Shown here: positions 1-10,476 of the stretch, one piece after another
Position numbering within the stretch: the stretch's first letter is position 1
Layout of the letters: each line of letters opens with the position of its first letter
From: Desulfobacterales bacterium
GTDB lineage: Bacteria; Desulfobacterota; Desulfobacteria; Desulfobacterales; UBA5852
Length of the DNA stretch: 64,000 nucleotides
Direction: 5' to 3'
NCBI GenBank assembly: GCA_963674755.2
Contig: CAXXVS010000002.1
Coordinates: forward strand, 1,088,001-1,152,000
Position numbers and translations under genes: made by a program
The notes under the pieces: model-generated
What the model saw: the letters and a program-made list of their open reading frames with translations, nothing else
Told to the model about the DNA's origin: nothing
Databases searched by the model: none

Positions 1-195
1 CTCCATCCCCGGCGGAACGCTCAATTTCATCACCGGAAACAAAGTCCAGGCCACGGCCAGGGCCAGACCGGCTTTAAACATGTTCGGCACATTGTTCCCG
101 CTGAAAATGGGCAGACTCATCACAATCGCGGTCACCCGCAGGAAGACCAGAAAAAACAACTGAACCTGGGGATAGGAGAAGGTCAGAGCGATCAT
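1..195 (-). CDS. fliR: Flagellar export protein FliR (5' part; runs off the window start)
   Basis: Manual translation from ATG at 195: MIALTFSYPQVQLFFLVFLRVTAIVMSLPIFSGNNVPNMFKAGLALAV; FliR N-terminal pattern, directly after fliQ. Confidence 0.9.
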   Translation of the reverse strand, partial: MIALTFSYPQVQLFFLVFLRVTAIVMSLPIFSGNNVPNMFKAGLALAVAWTLFPVMKLSVPPGME

Positions 196-217
196 TGGCG
201 GTCACGCGAGGACAGGA

Positions 218-487
218 TCAACGGATGGCTCCGGGCAGTCCGATGATCAGGTTTTGCATGAAATCGATGAGCACCTGAAGCATCCAGGGAAATGCCAGCA
301 GGAGCGCTACGGCTACGGCCAACATTTTGGGGATGAAGGTCATCGTCATCTCATTGATTTGGGTGGCCGCCTGAAAGACGCTGATCAGCAAACCGACCAC
401 AAGACCGGCCAGCAGCATGGGGGCGGACAGCAAAATGGTCAGCTTTATGGCTTCCAGAAAAAAGCCGGTCACAAATTCCGGTGTCAT
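218..487 (-). CDS. fliQ: Flagellar export protein FliQ
   Basis: GLLISVFQAATQINEMTMTFIPK signature; start taken at MTPEF (487) after a GAGGAGA RBS. Confidence 0.95.
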   Translation of the reverse strand: MTPEFVTGFFLEAIKLTILLSAPMLLAGLVVGLLISVFQAATQINEMTMTFIPKMLAVAVALLLAFPWMLQVLIDFMQNLIIGLPGAIR

Positions 488-503
488 GACAGTCTCTCCT
501 CGA

Positions 504-1280
504 TCAGGCAAACCCCTTGACCAATGAACCGACGATCAGATGCCAGCCGTCGGCCAGGACAAACAGCATCAATTTGAACGGCAGGGAAATCATGACCGGC
601 GGCAACATCATCATCCCCATGGACAGCAACACCGAGGCCACCACCATATCGATGATCAGAAACGGGACATACAACATGAACGCCATCTGAAAGGCCGTTT
701 TCAGCTCGCTGATAATGAAGGCGGGGATCAGCGCGCTAGTGGGCACTTCCGCCATGTTCTTCGGATGGGGTGCTTTTGCGATCTCCATGAGCATGGCCAG
801 GTCCTTTTCCCGGGTCTGTTTGAACATAAACTGCCGGACGGGTGCCATGGCGCGTTGCAGCGCTTCCTTTTGGGTGATCTGGCTTTCCAGGTAGGGTGTG
901 AGCGCCTCTTGGTGCACCTGTTCCCAGACGGGCGACATGACAAAAAAGGTCAGAAAAAGCGCCAATCCGATAATGACCTGGTTGGGCGGCATTGATTGGG
1001 TGCCGATCGCCTGACGCAGGACAGAAAGAACGATGGCCATCCGCGTGAAGGAGGTCAGCATAATCAAAAGGGCCGGCGCCAGCGAAAGTACCGTCAGCAG
1101 GAGAAAAATCTGCATGACCACCGAGGTTTGGGCCGGATTGTCGCCCTTGGCCATCTGGACGCTGAAAAGGGGGGATACAGCCCCATCCGCAGCATAACCC
1201 GTACCGGCCAAAACCAGCATGACAAGGACGACGACAATGACCGTCGGGCCGGCACGGAAGGGTAAAATGCGGTTCAACAT
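504..1280 (-). CDS. fliP: Flagellar export protein FliP
   Basis: [39 protein letters not shown] motifs. Confidence 0.97.
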   Translation of the reverse strand: MLNRILPFRAGPTVIVVVLVMLVLAGTGYAADGAVSPLFSVQMAKGDNPAQTSVVMQIFLLLTVLSLAPALLIMLTSFTRMAIVLSVLRQAIGTQSMPPNQVIIGLALFLTFFVMSPVWEQVHQEALTPYLESQITQKEALQRAMAPVRQFMFKQTREKDLAMLMEIAKAPHPKNMAEVPTSALIPAFIISELKTAFQMAFMLYVPFLIIDMVVASVLLSMGMMMLPPVMISLPFKLMLFVLADGWHLIVGSLVKGFA

Positions 1281-1681
1281 GGCTTCGAATCCACGGGCGC
1301 GACCGGGTCGGCCTGCATCGGCCGGCGCTGCCAGGCGTCGGTCACTTTCCGCAACTGATCCTGAAACGAGGAAAAGCGCGGCTGCTCCTGGACATCTGCC
1401 AGATCGGCATAGTCACGGCCGTCCATACGATCCAGCAGGGTGATGCGGTCCGCGGTCACGCCCAGAACCAGAACCGCCCCGGGCACCTTGAGCAGCGTGA
1501 TCGATTTTTTCAATCCCATGGGCGTACTTTCAAGGATTTGGAGGTGCTTCCCCCCTCTCCCGCCCAGGCCGCTTTTCAAAAACCGCTTGGAATACCGGTT
1601 GACAGCCAGCAAAGCGCCGATGATCAGCGCCAGAACACCGATCATCTTCAGTGCGGCCGTCATCAGCTCCGGCGGCATCAT
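1274..1681 (-). CDS. fliO: Flagellar biogenesis protein FliO
   Basis: Single N-terminal TM helix, [13 protein letters not shown] motif, position between fliN and fliP. Confidence 0.85.
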   Translation of the reverse strand: MMPPELMTAALKMIGVLALIIGALLAVNRYSKRFLKSGLGGRGGKHLQILESTPMGLKKSITLLKVPGAVLVLGVTADRITLLDRMDGRDYADLADVQEQPRFSSFQDQLRKVTDAWQRRPMQADPVAPVDSKPC

Positions 1682-2073
1682 TTAAGTTTCTCCACACGTT
1701 CCATGGGGCTGATGATTTCGGTGACGCGAATGCCGAACTTCTCGTTGACCACGACCACTTCACCGCGGGCCACCAATTTCTGGTTGGCAAGAATCTCCAG
1801 GGTTTCACCGGCCATCTTGTCGAGTTCGATGACCGAGCCCTGCCCGAGTTTGAGGAGATCATTGACCAGCATGCTGGTTCGCCCCAGTTGGACCGTGACC
1901 TCCAGGGGGATGTCAAGGATGAAGCTCAGGTTATTGCTCTTGGCGGCGCCATCACGGCCGCGCAGGGAAGAAAACTGATATCCGCTATCATTCGGACCAA
2001 CTTTGGAAGAACCTGCGCCTTCCGCCGATACGTCCTTGAGTTTGACATTTTTGGGGTCGCGTGAAGGATTCAT
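1678..2073 (-). CDS. fliN: Flagellar motor switch protein FliN
   Basis: ILDIPLEVTVQLGRT...ARGEVVVVNEKFGIRVTEI (SpoA domain). Confidence 0.97.
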   Translation of the reverse strand: MNPSRDPKNVKLKDVSAEGAGSSKVGPNDSGYQFSSLRGRDGAAKSNNLSFILDIPLEVTVQLGRTSMLVNDLLKLGQGSVIELDKMAGETLEILANQKLVARGEVVVVNEKFGIRVTEIISPMERVEKLK

Positions 2074-3068
2074 GATGGTTCCGCGGCAGCCTCCTCTGGG
2101 GATAGGGTCGCAACGACTTCTACGGCACGGTTTCCGTTAATGATGCCCGGATATCCCTTGTATTTGGGCACGCTTTCGATATTGACCGTAATGGGATCGT
2201 GCGGCCCGGTGTTCAATGTAAAGATGTCATCGACCTGCAGCGCCAGCAGATCACCGAAGGTGTGCACCGTCTGGCCTAGTTCGGCGATAAGATTGACTTC
2301 GGTTTCTTCCAGCGTCTTTTGAATGCGGTCGCTGAAGGCGGCCTCCGAATCCTTGGCGCGCAGATAGCGGGACGAGAGTTTTTCTTTGATGGGTTCCAGC
2401 ATCCGATAGGAAAGACAAAGATGGAAATTGCCCGTGAATTCATCTCCTTTGATGGAGAAAGCAATAACGATCATCAATTCGTCGGGGCTTACCAAATGGA
2501 CGAATTCCGGCTTTGTTTCGGTCTTCTTGGTGGTGATGTTGATCGCATATACGGTCCGCCAGGCCTGTTCGAAATCCTTCAGCATTTCACGACTCAGCCG
2601 TTTGACCATGCCAATCTCGATCGGGGTAAACTCCCGGCGCTGCTTCAAAGGAGTGCCCTTGCCGCCGAACATGCAGTCGATCATGGAAAAGACCAGACCC
2701 GGTTCGATGGCCAGTAGAGCGGATCCGATCAGGGGGTCCATGTTGAACACGTTGAAACTGGTGGGATTGGAAAAAGCCTGGATGAAATCGCCGTATTTGA
2801 CCATTTCGGTGGAAACGAACTCAACCTCGAAAGATTGTTGAACAAGCCCCGACAGGGACGTTTGCAAAAGGCCCGAAAACTTGTCGTAGACTTCCTCCAG
2901 GGCCGAGAACTGATCCCGCAACATAATGTTCTGGGAAGTGATGTCATAGGCCTCGGCCTTGACTTCGGGAGGGGTATCTTTTTTGGTCAGGTCGACTTCA
3001 CCGCTGTCCATTGCCGACAGAAGGGCATCGATCTCATCTTGGGAAAGTACATTGTCAGCCATGGTCAT
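2070..3068 (-). CDS. fliM: Flagellar motor switch protein FliM
   Basis: N-terminal CheY-binding LSQDEIDALL, MFGG middle motif, C-terminal SpoA-like domain. Confidence 0.96.
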   Translation of the reverse strand: MTMADNVLSQDEIDALLSAMDSGEVDLTKKDTPPEVKAEAYDITSQNIMLRDQFSALEEVYDKFSGLLQTSLSGLVQQSFEVEFVSTEMVKYGDFIQAFSNPTSFNVFNMDPLIGSALLAIEPGLVFSMIDCMFGGKGTPLKQRREFTPIEIGMVKRLSREMLKDFEQAWRTVYAINITTKKTETKPEFVHLVSPDELMIVIAFSIKGDEFTGNFHLCLSYRMLEPIKEKLSSRYLRAKDSEAAFSDRIQKTLEETEVNLIAELGQTVHTFGDLLALQVDDIFTLNTGPHDPITVNIESVPKYKGYPGIINGNRAVEVVATLSPEEAAAEPS

Positions 3069-3076
3069 TCCACCCG

Positions 3077-3538
3077 CTATTGGATGACAAATTCTGTAAA
3101 GTAAATATTGGCGACACCATTGCCGTTCAGGATTTCATTCAAACGGCCCATAATCTCGGTGCGCAAAGCCGCCTTGCCCTCAACCGTTCGAATATCCTTG
3201 AATTCTTTGGTGGGAAGAATTGTCAGGACAACGTCACGAATCTGGGGGAGTCGTTGTTCGATGGTTTCCTTGTGTTCCTCCGGGGCCAGCTCCAACTGCA
3301 TCGTCGCCCGCAGATAGCGCTTGCCGCCGGCATCCGCCAAATTGACCACAAAAGAATCGAGGGGGAACATTTCGCCCACCGCGGGGGCCTCCTCGGCACC
3401 TTCCGGGTTATCGGCGACCGCTTCCTCCGGAGGTGTCAAGCTGGCGATTTTCGTCCACATCATGAAAAAACCGCCTCCCACCAGCGCCATGAATACGATC
3501 GCTACGGAGGTGAGAATAATAATGGCCTTTTTACTCAT
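3077..3538 (-). CDS. fliL: Flagellar basal body-associated protein FliL
   Basis: N-terminal TM helix, FVVNLAD...RYL, IRD, IYFTEFVIQ; start taken at MSKKAII (3538). Confidence 0.93.
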   Translation of the reverse strand: MSKKAIIILTSVAIVFMALVGGGFFMMWTKIASLTPPEEAVADNPEGAEEAPAVGEMFPLDSFVVNLADAGGKRYLRATMQLELAPEEHKETIEQRLPQIRDVVLTILPTKEFKDIRTVEGKAALRTEIMGRLNEILNGNGVANIYFTEFVIQ

Positions 3539-3744
3539 TTGGTCTTTCCCTTTCAGCAGAACAAGCTCAATCCGTCGATTGGCAGCACAGTCCAGAGGCC
3601 CTGACCGGTTTGTGTTCTTCTCCGATACACGTTTGGGGTTTGGTCGTTCACATGCGACCGCCACTATTTATGAGAATCCAAGTCCGTGACCGACAGCGTA
3701 GCGGCAAACGTTGTCTTCCGTGTCTTCTGTCATCCCGTTGTTTG

Positions 3745-3760
3745 AGCAAGGACTGTGCCA
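3745..3760 (-). promoter_or_regulatory. sigma54 (-24/-12) promoter for fliL-fliR operon
   Basis: Minus strand TGGCAC-AGTCC-TTGCT, perfect consensus. Confidence 0.85.
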
Positions 3761-3940
3761 TGCGCAATTCGTTCTTACACGCTGCCGGAAACAATTCGGG
3801 CCGTCCTGTGCTTAGCGACTATCTTTCCGTTTTTACAATATATTTCAACATTACAAGTGGTTTACGGCGGCATCTGCATATGAGGAGTGGCGAAATGCGC
3901 TACGCGGGAAATCCATAGGACGCGTGGGAGGTATTGACGC

Positions 3941-3958
3941 CTGTCAACGCGTTGACAG
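3941..3958. promoter_or_regulatory. Putative enhancer-binding-protein site (FleQ-box-like)
   Basis: Perfect palindrome CTGTCAACGCGTTGACAG (GTCAA-N4-TTGAC), ~180 bp upstream of the sigma54 promoter. Confidence 0.65.
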
Positions 3959-3979
3959 AAAAAGGCCGACCAAAGGGGA

Positions 3980-4020
3980 CGGCCGGAATGATGTTGTGAG
4001 CGCTTTTGTCATTCCGGCCG
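3980..4020 (-). terminator. Stem-loop after flgE
   Basis: CGGCCGGAATGA...TCATTCCGGCCG 12-bp inverted repeat just past the flgE stop. Confidence 0.5.
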
Positions 4021-4040
4021 CAGGAAGGGAATTGCTCCCC

Positions 4041-5270
4041 TTATCGTTTGATATTGATTAACTCATTCAAAATCTCATCGCTGGTGGTAATGACCCGCGA
4101 ATTGGCTTGGAAAGCGCGCTGGGTGGTAATCATTTTTACAAATTCCTGGGCCAGATCCACGTTGGACATTTCGATGGAGCTGGGACTGATACTTCCCAGG
4201 CGGCCGGTACCCGGCAATCCGGGCATGGCATCACCGGATTCCAGAGAGGAGCTGTAGAGGTTGTTCCCCATTTTGGTCAGTCCGTAATAAGAGGGGAAAT
4301 CCACCAGCGCCACCTGGAAGAGCGGCACCAGCTGCCCGTTGGAATAAGAGCCTGTAACAACTCCGGCTTCGTCCACGGAAACACTGCGCAGCATGCCGGC
4401 CGGGTATCCGTCCTGGGTCTGGAAGGAGGTCGTGGAAGCGGTCGCGTATTGGGTCAGGTCGCCGTTGGTCACGTTGCCAGTGTCGTACAAATCCCATGTC
4501 AAGGCCGGCATGACAGCACCATTGGAAAGGGTGAGGTTGATGGTCGGATCGGTACCGTTGGTCAATTCGCCCGTGTTGGGGTCAAAGGTAATGGCCGTGG
4601 CGCCGGCCGGAGTGACGGCGGTCGCCATCGGTGAGCTGGCCTGCCAGGTCCAGGCGTTGTTGGCGGTTTTAACAAAATCGATCGCTACGGGGATGTCATT
4701 ACCCAGGGAGTCATATACGGTAATCGTGGTGGAATAGGTGTCCCCCACGGCAGCCCCGGAGTTCAGGTTGACATCCACCGAGAATTCAGTGGTGGCCGAA
4801 GGCGGCGAAGTGCTCTCGGTGGGAATCTGGATATTGGTAATGGAACCCAGGGCCATGGTACCGTCGGCGGCCACCGACTGAACCGCATAGCCTTGGAGCA
4901 CAAGACCGTCCGGATTGATGAGTTCGCCTTCGTTGTTGAAGGTGAACTCCCCGGCGCGGGTATAGAAAGAGGATCCGGCATCGTCTACAACTTCGAAAAA
5001 GCCACGGCCGTTGATCGCCATATCCATAGGAGAGCTGGTGTTCTCCAGGGAGCCCTGGCTCCAGACCGGGGTCGTGCCCCAGAAATCCACCCCGCGACCA
5101 ATGTCGCTTCCACCGCCGCCTCCCAAACTCTGGCTCAGGACGTTGGCAAACGAGGCCCGGTTGGATTTAAAGGCCGTCGTGTTCACATTGGCGATGTTGT
5201 CGCCAATTACCGTCATCGCTGTCGAATTGGCATTGAGTCCGGAAATTCCTGCGAATAATGAACCTATCAT
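4041..5270 (-). CDS. flgE: Flagellar hook protein FlgE
   Basis: GDNIANVNTTAFK, YTRAGEF, EMSNVDLAQEFVKMITTQRAFQANSR. Confidence 0.97.
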   Translation of the reverse strand: MIGSLFAGISGLNANSTAMTVIGDNIANVNTTAFKSNRASFANVLSQSLGGGGGSDIGRGVDFWGTTPVWSQGSLENTSSPMDMAINGRGFFEVVDDAGSSFYTRAGEFTFNNEGELINPDGLVLQGYAVQSVAADGTMALGSITNIQIPTESTSPPSATTEFSVDVNLNSGAAVGDTYSTTITVYDSLGNDIPVAIDFVKTANNAWTWQASSPMATAVTPAGATAITFDPNTGELTNGTDPTINLTLSNGAVMPALTWDLYDTGNVTNGDLTQYATASTTSFQTQDGYPAGMLRSVSVDEAGVVTGSYSNGQLVPLFQVALVDFPSYYGLTKMGNNLYSSSLESGDAMPGLPGTGRLGSISPSSIEMSNVDLAQEFVKMITTQRAFQANSRVITTSDEILNELINIKR

Positions 5271-5377
5271 GAGTTCCTCCTAATATCAGTTGTTCCCGCA
5301 CGATCATATCGGGTTATGGGGTTTACGAGGGAACGTATATCGTTTTATGTATCCCGTTTCGGACCTACATCTATGGA

Positions 5378-6058
5378 TCAGGCATCTTCATTTGTCTCCT
5401 CCTGAATGACCTTTATTACCGAATCCAGCGGAACGGTTAAGTCATTCACGATCAATGCAGCCTCCCCGTTGCGATACGACACGCCACTGACCCGTCCGCT
5501 GCTAAGGGGAGACACATCGATTTCATTGCCGGAACCGTCCACGGCTTTCACTTCAAACCAGTAATTTCCATCCGGCAAAGGATTGCCGTCCATATCCGTA
5601 CCGTCCCATTCGATCTCGCCCGGTCCGGCGTTCATTGCATCGGTACTGAAGGTGGACCGCAAATCGCCGTCCGCATCGTAAACGCTCACGAAAACTTCAT
5701 CCGCCCGATTAACAAGTGCAACCTGCAAGGGGTCCACGTTACCGTCGGCGATGCGCGTCGCGTTCCCATATGCGAGAATCGTGCGCCCGATATAGTTAAC
5801 GGCCTGGGAGTTGTTGAGGTCCGCCTGGGCGGTCGATAGTGTTTCAAATTGTTCACTTATATTGGTCAGCTGCTCCAAGGAACTGAATTGGGCCAGTTGG
5901 GCGGTAAAATCCCCACTGTCCATCGGATTCAACGGGTCCTGGTATTGCAGCTGGGCCACCAACAGGTTTAAAAAATCATTGCGTCCCAATTCGCCGGGGG
6001 CTTGGGTGACGCCGCTGGCCGTCGTATTGCCGGTGCTGGTTACGCCGCTGATGGTCAT
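5378..6058 (-). CDS. flgD: Hook capping protein FlgD
   Basis: FLNLLVAQLQYQDPLNPMD...AQLAQFSSLEQ; WDG Ig-like domain. Confidence 0.96.
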   Translation of the reverse strand: MTISGVTSTGNTTASGVTQAPGELGRNDFLNLLVAQLQYQDPLNPMDSGDFTAQLAQFSSLEQLTNISEQFETLSTAQADLNNSQAVNYIGRTILAYGNATRIADGNVDPLQVALVNRADEVFVSVYDADGDLRSTFSTDAMNAGPGEIEWDGTDMDGNPLPDGNYWFEVKAVDGSGNEIDVSPLSSGRVSGVSYRNGEAALIVNDLTVPLDSVIKVIQEETNEDA

Positions 6059-6141
6059 GGTCGCCTTCTCCTCAACTTATTACAATCACTTAAAAAATCT
6101 TGTGCGAGACAGGCCTTCGCAAATCGTACCCCGAAGTCCCG

Positions 6142-7719
6142 TCAAGCGAAATAGTCGATGCCGCGTGAACGGTCCCGTCCGGTCGAGGCCTGGTGCATGT
6201 CGGATGGAAGCGGGCGGAGGTCTTCTTCCGGGGTCGCTTGCCCCTTAGAGGCCATCTGGCGAAAAAAGAACTCTCGCTGGCGCTCACCGCGATAAGCATC
6301 GCCCTGGCCGTTCGAAACGGACACTTCGATATGTTCAACGGTCAGCCCCTGATGCTGGAGCTCCGCTTTGAGCTGGTGGGCATGGGTATCGATTAAATCG
6401 CGTGCCGCCGGCGATTCGGTCATGATCTTGATGCTCACCAGGTGGTGCTCTGTTACGACTTGCATCTGAACATGACCGAGATGGTCGGGTTTAAGGGCAA
6501 TGCGCGCCTCGGACTGTTCGCCCCGCACCGCGAATATGGCGCGTTCCACTAGTTGGTTGAAGTTATCCTGATGAAACTGCTCGGTCGCCGCCATGGTGGT
6601 TGCTGCCCCTGCTCCGGGGGATACGGTCTCAGTCCTGCTGGCCGTTGCGGCAGTCGTAATCGATATCATGGGATCGTGCGGGACCTGACGGTCGACGGTT
6701 TGACCGTTAGCGTCGTTCGCCATAGGTGTCAGTGTTTCGCGCCCCGTCGCTCCCGCAGATTCCAAATCGCGCGGCGGCGTCTCCCCATTCGAGGAATGTT
6801 CGCTGCGCATCACCTGTGGTTCGACAGATGTTTTTTGCCCGGGAACATCACGTGCAGCCTCCCCTTTACGGCCGTCAGCCCTGCTCGGGAGCGATTTGGC
6901 ACCCCCGTCCATCGCGAGTCGGCCGTTTTCCCCGGCATCGCCATCTTCCGTGGCGAGGCTGTTTCCGGCACCGGGGGCTTCGTCCCCGGTTTCATCACCG
7001 AGAACCGGCAGGATGGTTTCGGCCTTCTTTTTCTCCTGCAAGGACTTGCCTGTCTGGTTCATCGGGTCGGGCGCAGCGGCACCTCCTGCTGCAATGTTTG
7101 CGGCGTCAGCCGACGGTGGTGACGCCGGTGTCGGGGTTTGCTGCGAAAGATCGACCGGCGTTTGGGAAACTGATTCAGAGGTTGCCTTAGCTACCGTTGC
7201 GGCCTCGGGGTTCACCTTGGGCGCGAGTTCCTCTCCCTGGGCATCGCCGGGCGTAACGGCCTTCTTGTGGAGCGCTTCCTGGGATTGGAAACCAGTTTGC
7301 GATGTGATTGGGGTTTCGTTATTCGTAGCGTTTTCAGCCTTCGCGACGCCCCCCTCTTCACTCTTGCCCGCCGCAGGCCCTGCGGGAATTTCTTCCCCTT
7401 CGAGGTTCTCATTCCGATTCAGCGGGGCCGGCATGGCCTGTGCCGATTCCTCGCCGTTGCAGGGTTTATCCTCATCTCTGACCGATCGGCGCTCTTTAAT
7501 TTCATTGTCGCGTTCATCGCTGGTCTCACTGGCCTGAGATTGGTGGCCGTCTCTTTCTGTATGGTGATGCTCATGGACCGCCTTCAGGGTCGAAGCAAAA
7601 CTGGAGGTGCCTTCCGCCCGGCCGTATTCGCCCGCATTTGGCAAAGGTCTCTCGGTTTTAAGCGTCCCTCCCGTGATTTCCATGGGTCCGGTCGGTAATG
7701 GCATAGCATTCATCATCAT
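6142..7719 (-). CDS. fliK: Hook-length control protein FliK
   Basis: Long low-complexity N-terminus plus C-terminal ARIALKPDHLGHV motif, upstream of flgD. Confidence 0.9.
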   Translation of the reverse strand: MMMNAMPLPTGPMEITGGTLKTERPLPNAGEYGRAEGTSSFASTLKAVHEHHHTERDGHQSQASETSDERDNEIKERRSVRDEDKPCNGEESAQAMPAPLNRNENLEGEEIPAGPAAGKSEEGGVAKAENATNNETPITSQTGFQSQEALHKKAVTPGDAQGEELAPKVNPEAATVAKATSESVSQTPVDLSQQTPTPASPPSADAANIAAGGAAAPDPMNQTGKSLQEKKKAETILPVLGDETGDEAPGAGNSLATEDGDAGENGRLAMDGGAKSLPSRADGRKGEAARDVPGQKTSVEPQVMRSEHSSNGETPPRDLESAGATGRETLTPMANDANGQTVDRQVPHDPMISITTAATASRTETVSPGAGAATTMAATEQFHQDNFNQLVERAIFAVRGEQSEARIALKPDHLGHVQMQVVTEHHLVSIKIMTESPAARDLIDTHAHQLKAELQHQGLTVEHIEVSVSNGQGDAYRGERQREFFFRQMASKGQATPEEDLRPLPSDMHQASTGRDRSRGIDYFA

Positions 7720-7757
7720 TCATCCTTCGTCATCGGTTGGTCATGGGACTCACTTAA

Positions 7758-7773
7758 AGCAGGTTTCATGCCA
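7758..7773 (-). promoter_or_regulatory. sigma54 promoter for fliK-flgD-flgE
   Basis: Minus strand TGGCAT-GAAAC-CTGCT (GG-N10-GC). Confidence 0.75.
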
Positions 7774-7956
7774 TTCCAGTCAATGTTTCCCCTTCCCTCA
7801 CTGCGCAATGCTAACCAGATCATATTGCCTCCGAAATCTGCAGATCCAAAGGGATTCCCCTTGCCGGTTGGGCGGCAACCCTACGCGTATGGCCTTGGCC
7901 GATCAAAACCGTTTATCGGGAAGATCTTACCACCTGCGGCAAATTGTGCCGCCTGC

Positions 7957-8406
7957 TCAGATTTCCCTGGCGTTGCGCTGATAGCGGGTGATCGCCACAT
8001 CGTTCAACAATTTCTGCTCCCTGCCCCGCTCCTCGACTTCCAATTGGTTCAAGTGGTGCTCCCTTAATTTTTCAATCACCTTGCGATCTTTTAAAGCGGC
8101 CATGAGGGCCTGTCGCTGTTTTTCTTTTTCCTGCCGATGCGCCTGAACAACCTTCTCTTGAGCTTGGATTTCAGTATCGAGACGTGTCAGGTAGTGCATA
8201 TACATAAGGATTTCCGCTGCGGCCTCCCCGTTGCGCTGTTGGCGCCGTAAGTCCTTACGGTAGGTTTGACGCGTCGTTTGCATGGCCGCCAACCGCTCCT
8301 GCTGCTGTCGCAATTTCCGCATCTCATCAGCGTATCGTTTGCGCGCGGCATCTTCACGATGCCGGCGATGATTTAGAACGACTTCCAGCTTGAACGGGCG
8401 AGCCAC
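7957..8406 (-). CDS. fliJ: Flagellar export protein FliJ
   Basis: FKLEVVLNHR start, coiled coil, DRKVIEKLRE...EQKLLND; follows fliI. Confidence 0.9.
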   Translation of the reverse strand: MARPFKLEVVLNHRRHREDAARKRYADEMRKLRQQQERLAAMQTTRQTYRKDLRRQQRNGEAAAEILMYMHYLTRLDTEIQAQEKVVQAHRQEKEKQRQALMAALKDRKVIEKLREHHLNQLEVEERGREQKLLNDVAITRYQRNAREI

Positions 8407-8418
8407 GGCAGGCCTCCA

Positions 8419-9738
8419 TTATTGGAACAAGGCGATCAAATCTTCGATGCTGTCTTCAAAGGTGACCGTATCCGCGACGTCCTGTTGCAAATAGGCGTTG
8501 ATGTTCCCGATCATTTGGATCGCATAGTCGATCTCGGGATTGCTGCCCGCGGCATAGGCGCCGATATTGATGAGATCCTCCGCTTTGCGGTAGGTTGCCA
8601 GAACGGATTTAAATTTTCGCGCGCATTCGCGGTGGCGATCGGCGATGATGTCCTCCATCACACGACTGATGCTGCAGGAGACGTCGATGGCCGGATAATG
8701 GCCCTGCATGGCAAGGTCCCGCGTGAGCACGATATGGCCGTCCAAAATGGATCGTACGGCATCGGCGATGGGTTCATTGGTATCGTCGCCTTCCACCAGA
8801 ACCGTGTACAGTCCTGTTATCGAGCCCCGCGTGGCGGATGTGCCGGCCCTCTCCATCAGCTTGGGCAGAAGGGTGAACACCGACGGGGTGTAGCCTTTGG
8901 TCGTGGGAGGTTCTCCTAAGGCCAGGCCGATTTCCCGCTGGGCCATGGCAAAACGGGTCACGGAATCCATCATTAAATTGACCTTGAGCCCCTGGTCGCG
9001 GAAATATTCCGCTACGGCCGTCGCGATGAAAGCCCCCCTCATCCGGATCAACGGCAAATGATCCGACGTCGCGACAACGATTACCGACCGCTGCAGACCG
9101 TCTTCCCCCAGCTGTTTTTCGATGAAGTCGTTGAGCTCCCGGCCGCGCTCCCCGATCAAGGCGATCACATTCACATCGGCGCGGGTTTTTTTGGCAATCA
9201 TGCCCAGCAGGACACTCTTGCCCACCCCGGAGCCGGCAAAAATGCCGATCCGCTGCCCGCACCCCACTGTCAGCAGCCCGTTGATGGTGCGGACACCCAG
9301 GTCCAAGGGGTCACAGATGCGTTTGCGTTTAAGGGGATTCAGAGGTTTGGCATAGATCGGATAGGCTTCCTTGGCGTGGATAGGGCCTTTGCCGTCGATG
9401 GGATTTCCAATACCGTCGATGATGCGCCCCAGCAGGTGCCGCCCCACGGGGATGTAGGCTTCGGTCTGACGCGCCACCACGCGGCTTCCCGGTCCGATAC
9501 CGTGAATTTCCTCCAGCGGCATGAGCAGCACCCGATTGTCTTTGAAGCCCATGACCTCGGCCGGAAATTTACGGCCGCCGTCCTTGGTGAAAATATCGCA
9601 GACGGTGCCGAGCCGGCATTCCGGACCGATGGATGCCACGGTGAACCCGACGACCTGGCTGACCTTTCCATAGGCTTGAATCGGACGACAATCATCGAGG
9701 CAGGCGTGGTAGCGATCCAGGCATACAAATGAACTCAT
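8419..9738 (-). CDS. fliI: Flagellar export ATPase FliI
   Basis: Walker A AGSGVGKS, LIGERGRE, MDSVTRFAMAQRE, GEPPTTKGY. Confidence 0.98.
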   Translation of the reverse strand: MSSFVCLDRYHACLDDCRPIQAYGKVSQVVGFTVASIGPECRLGTVCDIFTKDGGRKFPAEVMGFKDNRVLLMPLEEIHGIGPGSRVVARQTEAYIPVGRHLLGRIIDGIGNPIDGKGPIHAKEAYPIYAKPLNPLKRKRICDPLDLGVRTINGLLTVGCGQRIGIFAGSGVGKSVLLGMIAKKTRADVNVIALIGERGRELNDFIEKQLGEDGLQRSVIVVATSDHLPLIRMRGAFIATAVAEYFRDQGLKVNLMMDSVTRFAMAQREIGLALGEPPTTKGYTPSVFTLLPKLMERAGTSATRGSITGLYTVLVEGDDTNEPIADAVRSILDGHIVLTRDLAMQGHYPAIDVSCSISRVMEDIIADRHRECARKFKSVLATYRKAEDLINIGAYAAGSNPEIDYAIQMIGNINAYLQQDVADTVTFEDSIEDLIALFQ

Positions 9739-9744
9739 AATAGT

Positions 9745-10476
9745 CTATCTCTGCTCGGCAATGGTGCTGCGCATCTCGGCGCGCAAGGCTTCTTCGATAT
9801 AGCGCAGCTGTTCTTCAAGCCGTGCATCGACCTCGCCATATTCGGTGTGGATATAACAGCCCCCGCTTTCGATTCCGGCATCTTCTTCAAAATGGATGTT
9901 TTCAAAATTTTCAAAAGCGGCCTGCGAGCGTTCTCCGGCCTCCCGTAACCGCTTAAGATCGAGGGGATTCAATCGAATGGAAATTTTCTCGGGGTCATCC
10001 AACTGGGCCATCGCCTCTTTGACAACCCCGATAATGGCATCATCGGAAATCGCTACTTCCCGCTGGATCACCTTGCGTGCCACATGCATGGCCAGCTCCA
10101 CCACTTCCCGCTCCAGCTGCTGTTTTATCCGGTTGCGAACCCCATCGAGTTCGGCGAGGGTCGTCTGCAACGTCGTGATCAAGGGGGCGGTTTTTTCCTG
10201 GGCAGCTATCCGACCGTCTTCTTGTCCTTTACGCAACCCCTTTTCATATGCCTGACGGTGAATGTCTTCTTCCTTTAATCGCAGTTGATCTTCGGGCGTT
10301 AAAGATCTTGATCCGTGGATCGTCGCAGCGGAAACCGTTAGATTTCCGGCCCCGGGCGCACTGCTCCCCTGGACAGCACCCTCATCACCAGCATGCGGTG
10401 CCGGAATGCTGGGAAAATAGTGGAGCCGGAAGGTATTGACCTGTTCCGTGTTGGAGCTTTTGATGATCTTACGCAA
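9745..10476 (-). CDS. fliH: Flagellar assembly protein FliH
   Basis: AxxxGxxxGxxxG repeats, IRLNPLD, GGCYIHTEYGEVDA. Confidence 0.93.
   Translation of the reverse strand: MRKIIKSSNTEQVNTFRLHYFPSIPAPHAGDEGAVQGSSAPGAGNLTVSAATIHGSRSLTPEDQLRLKEEDIHRQAYEKGLRKGQEDGRIAAQEKTAPLITTLQTTLAELDGVRNRIKQQLEREVVELAMHVARKVIQREVAISDDAIIGVVKEAMAQLDDPEKISIRLNPLDLKRLREAGERSQAAFENFENIHFEEDAGIESGGCYIHTEYGEVDARLEEQLRYIEEALRAEMRSTIAEQR

Noticed and set aside
3539..3664. N-terminal extension of FliL in the ORF track
   Set aside because: MSKKAII with an upstream purine-rich RBS gives a normal-length FliL
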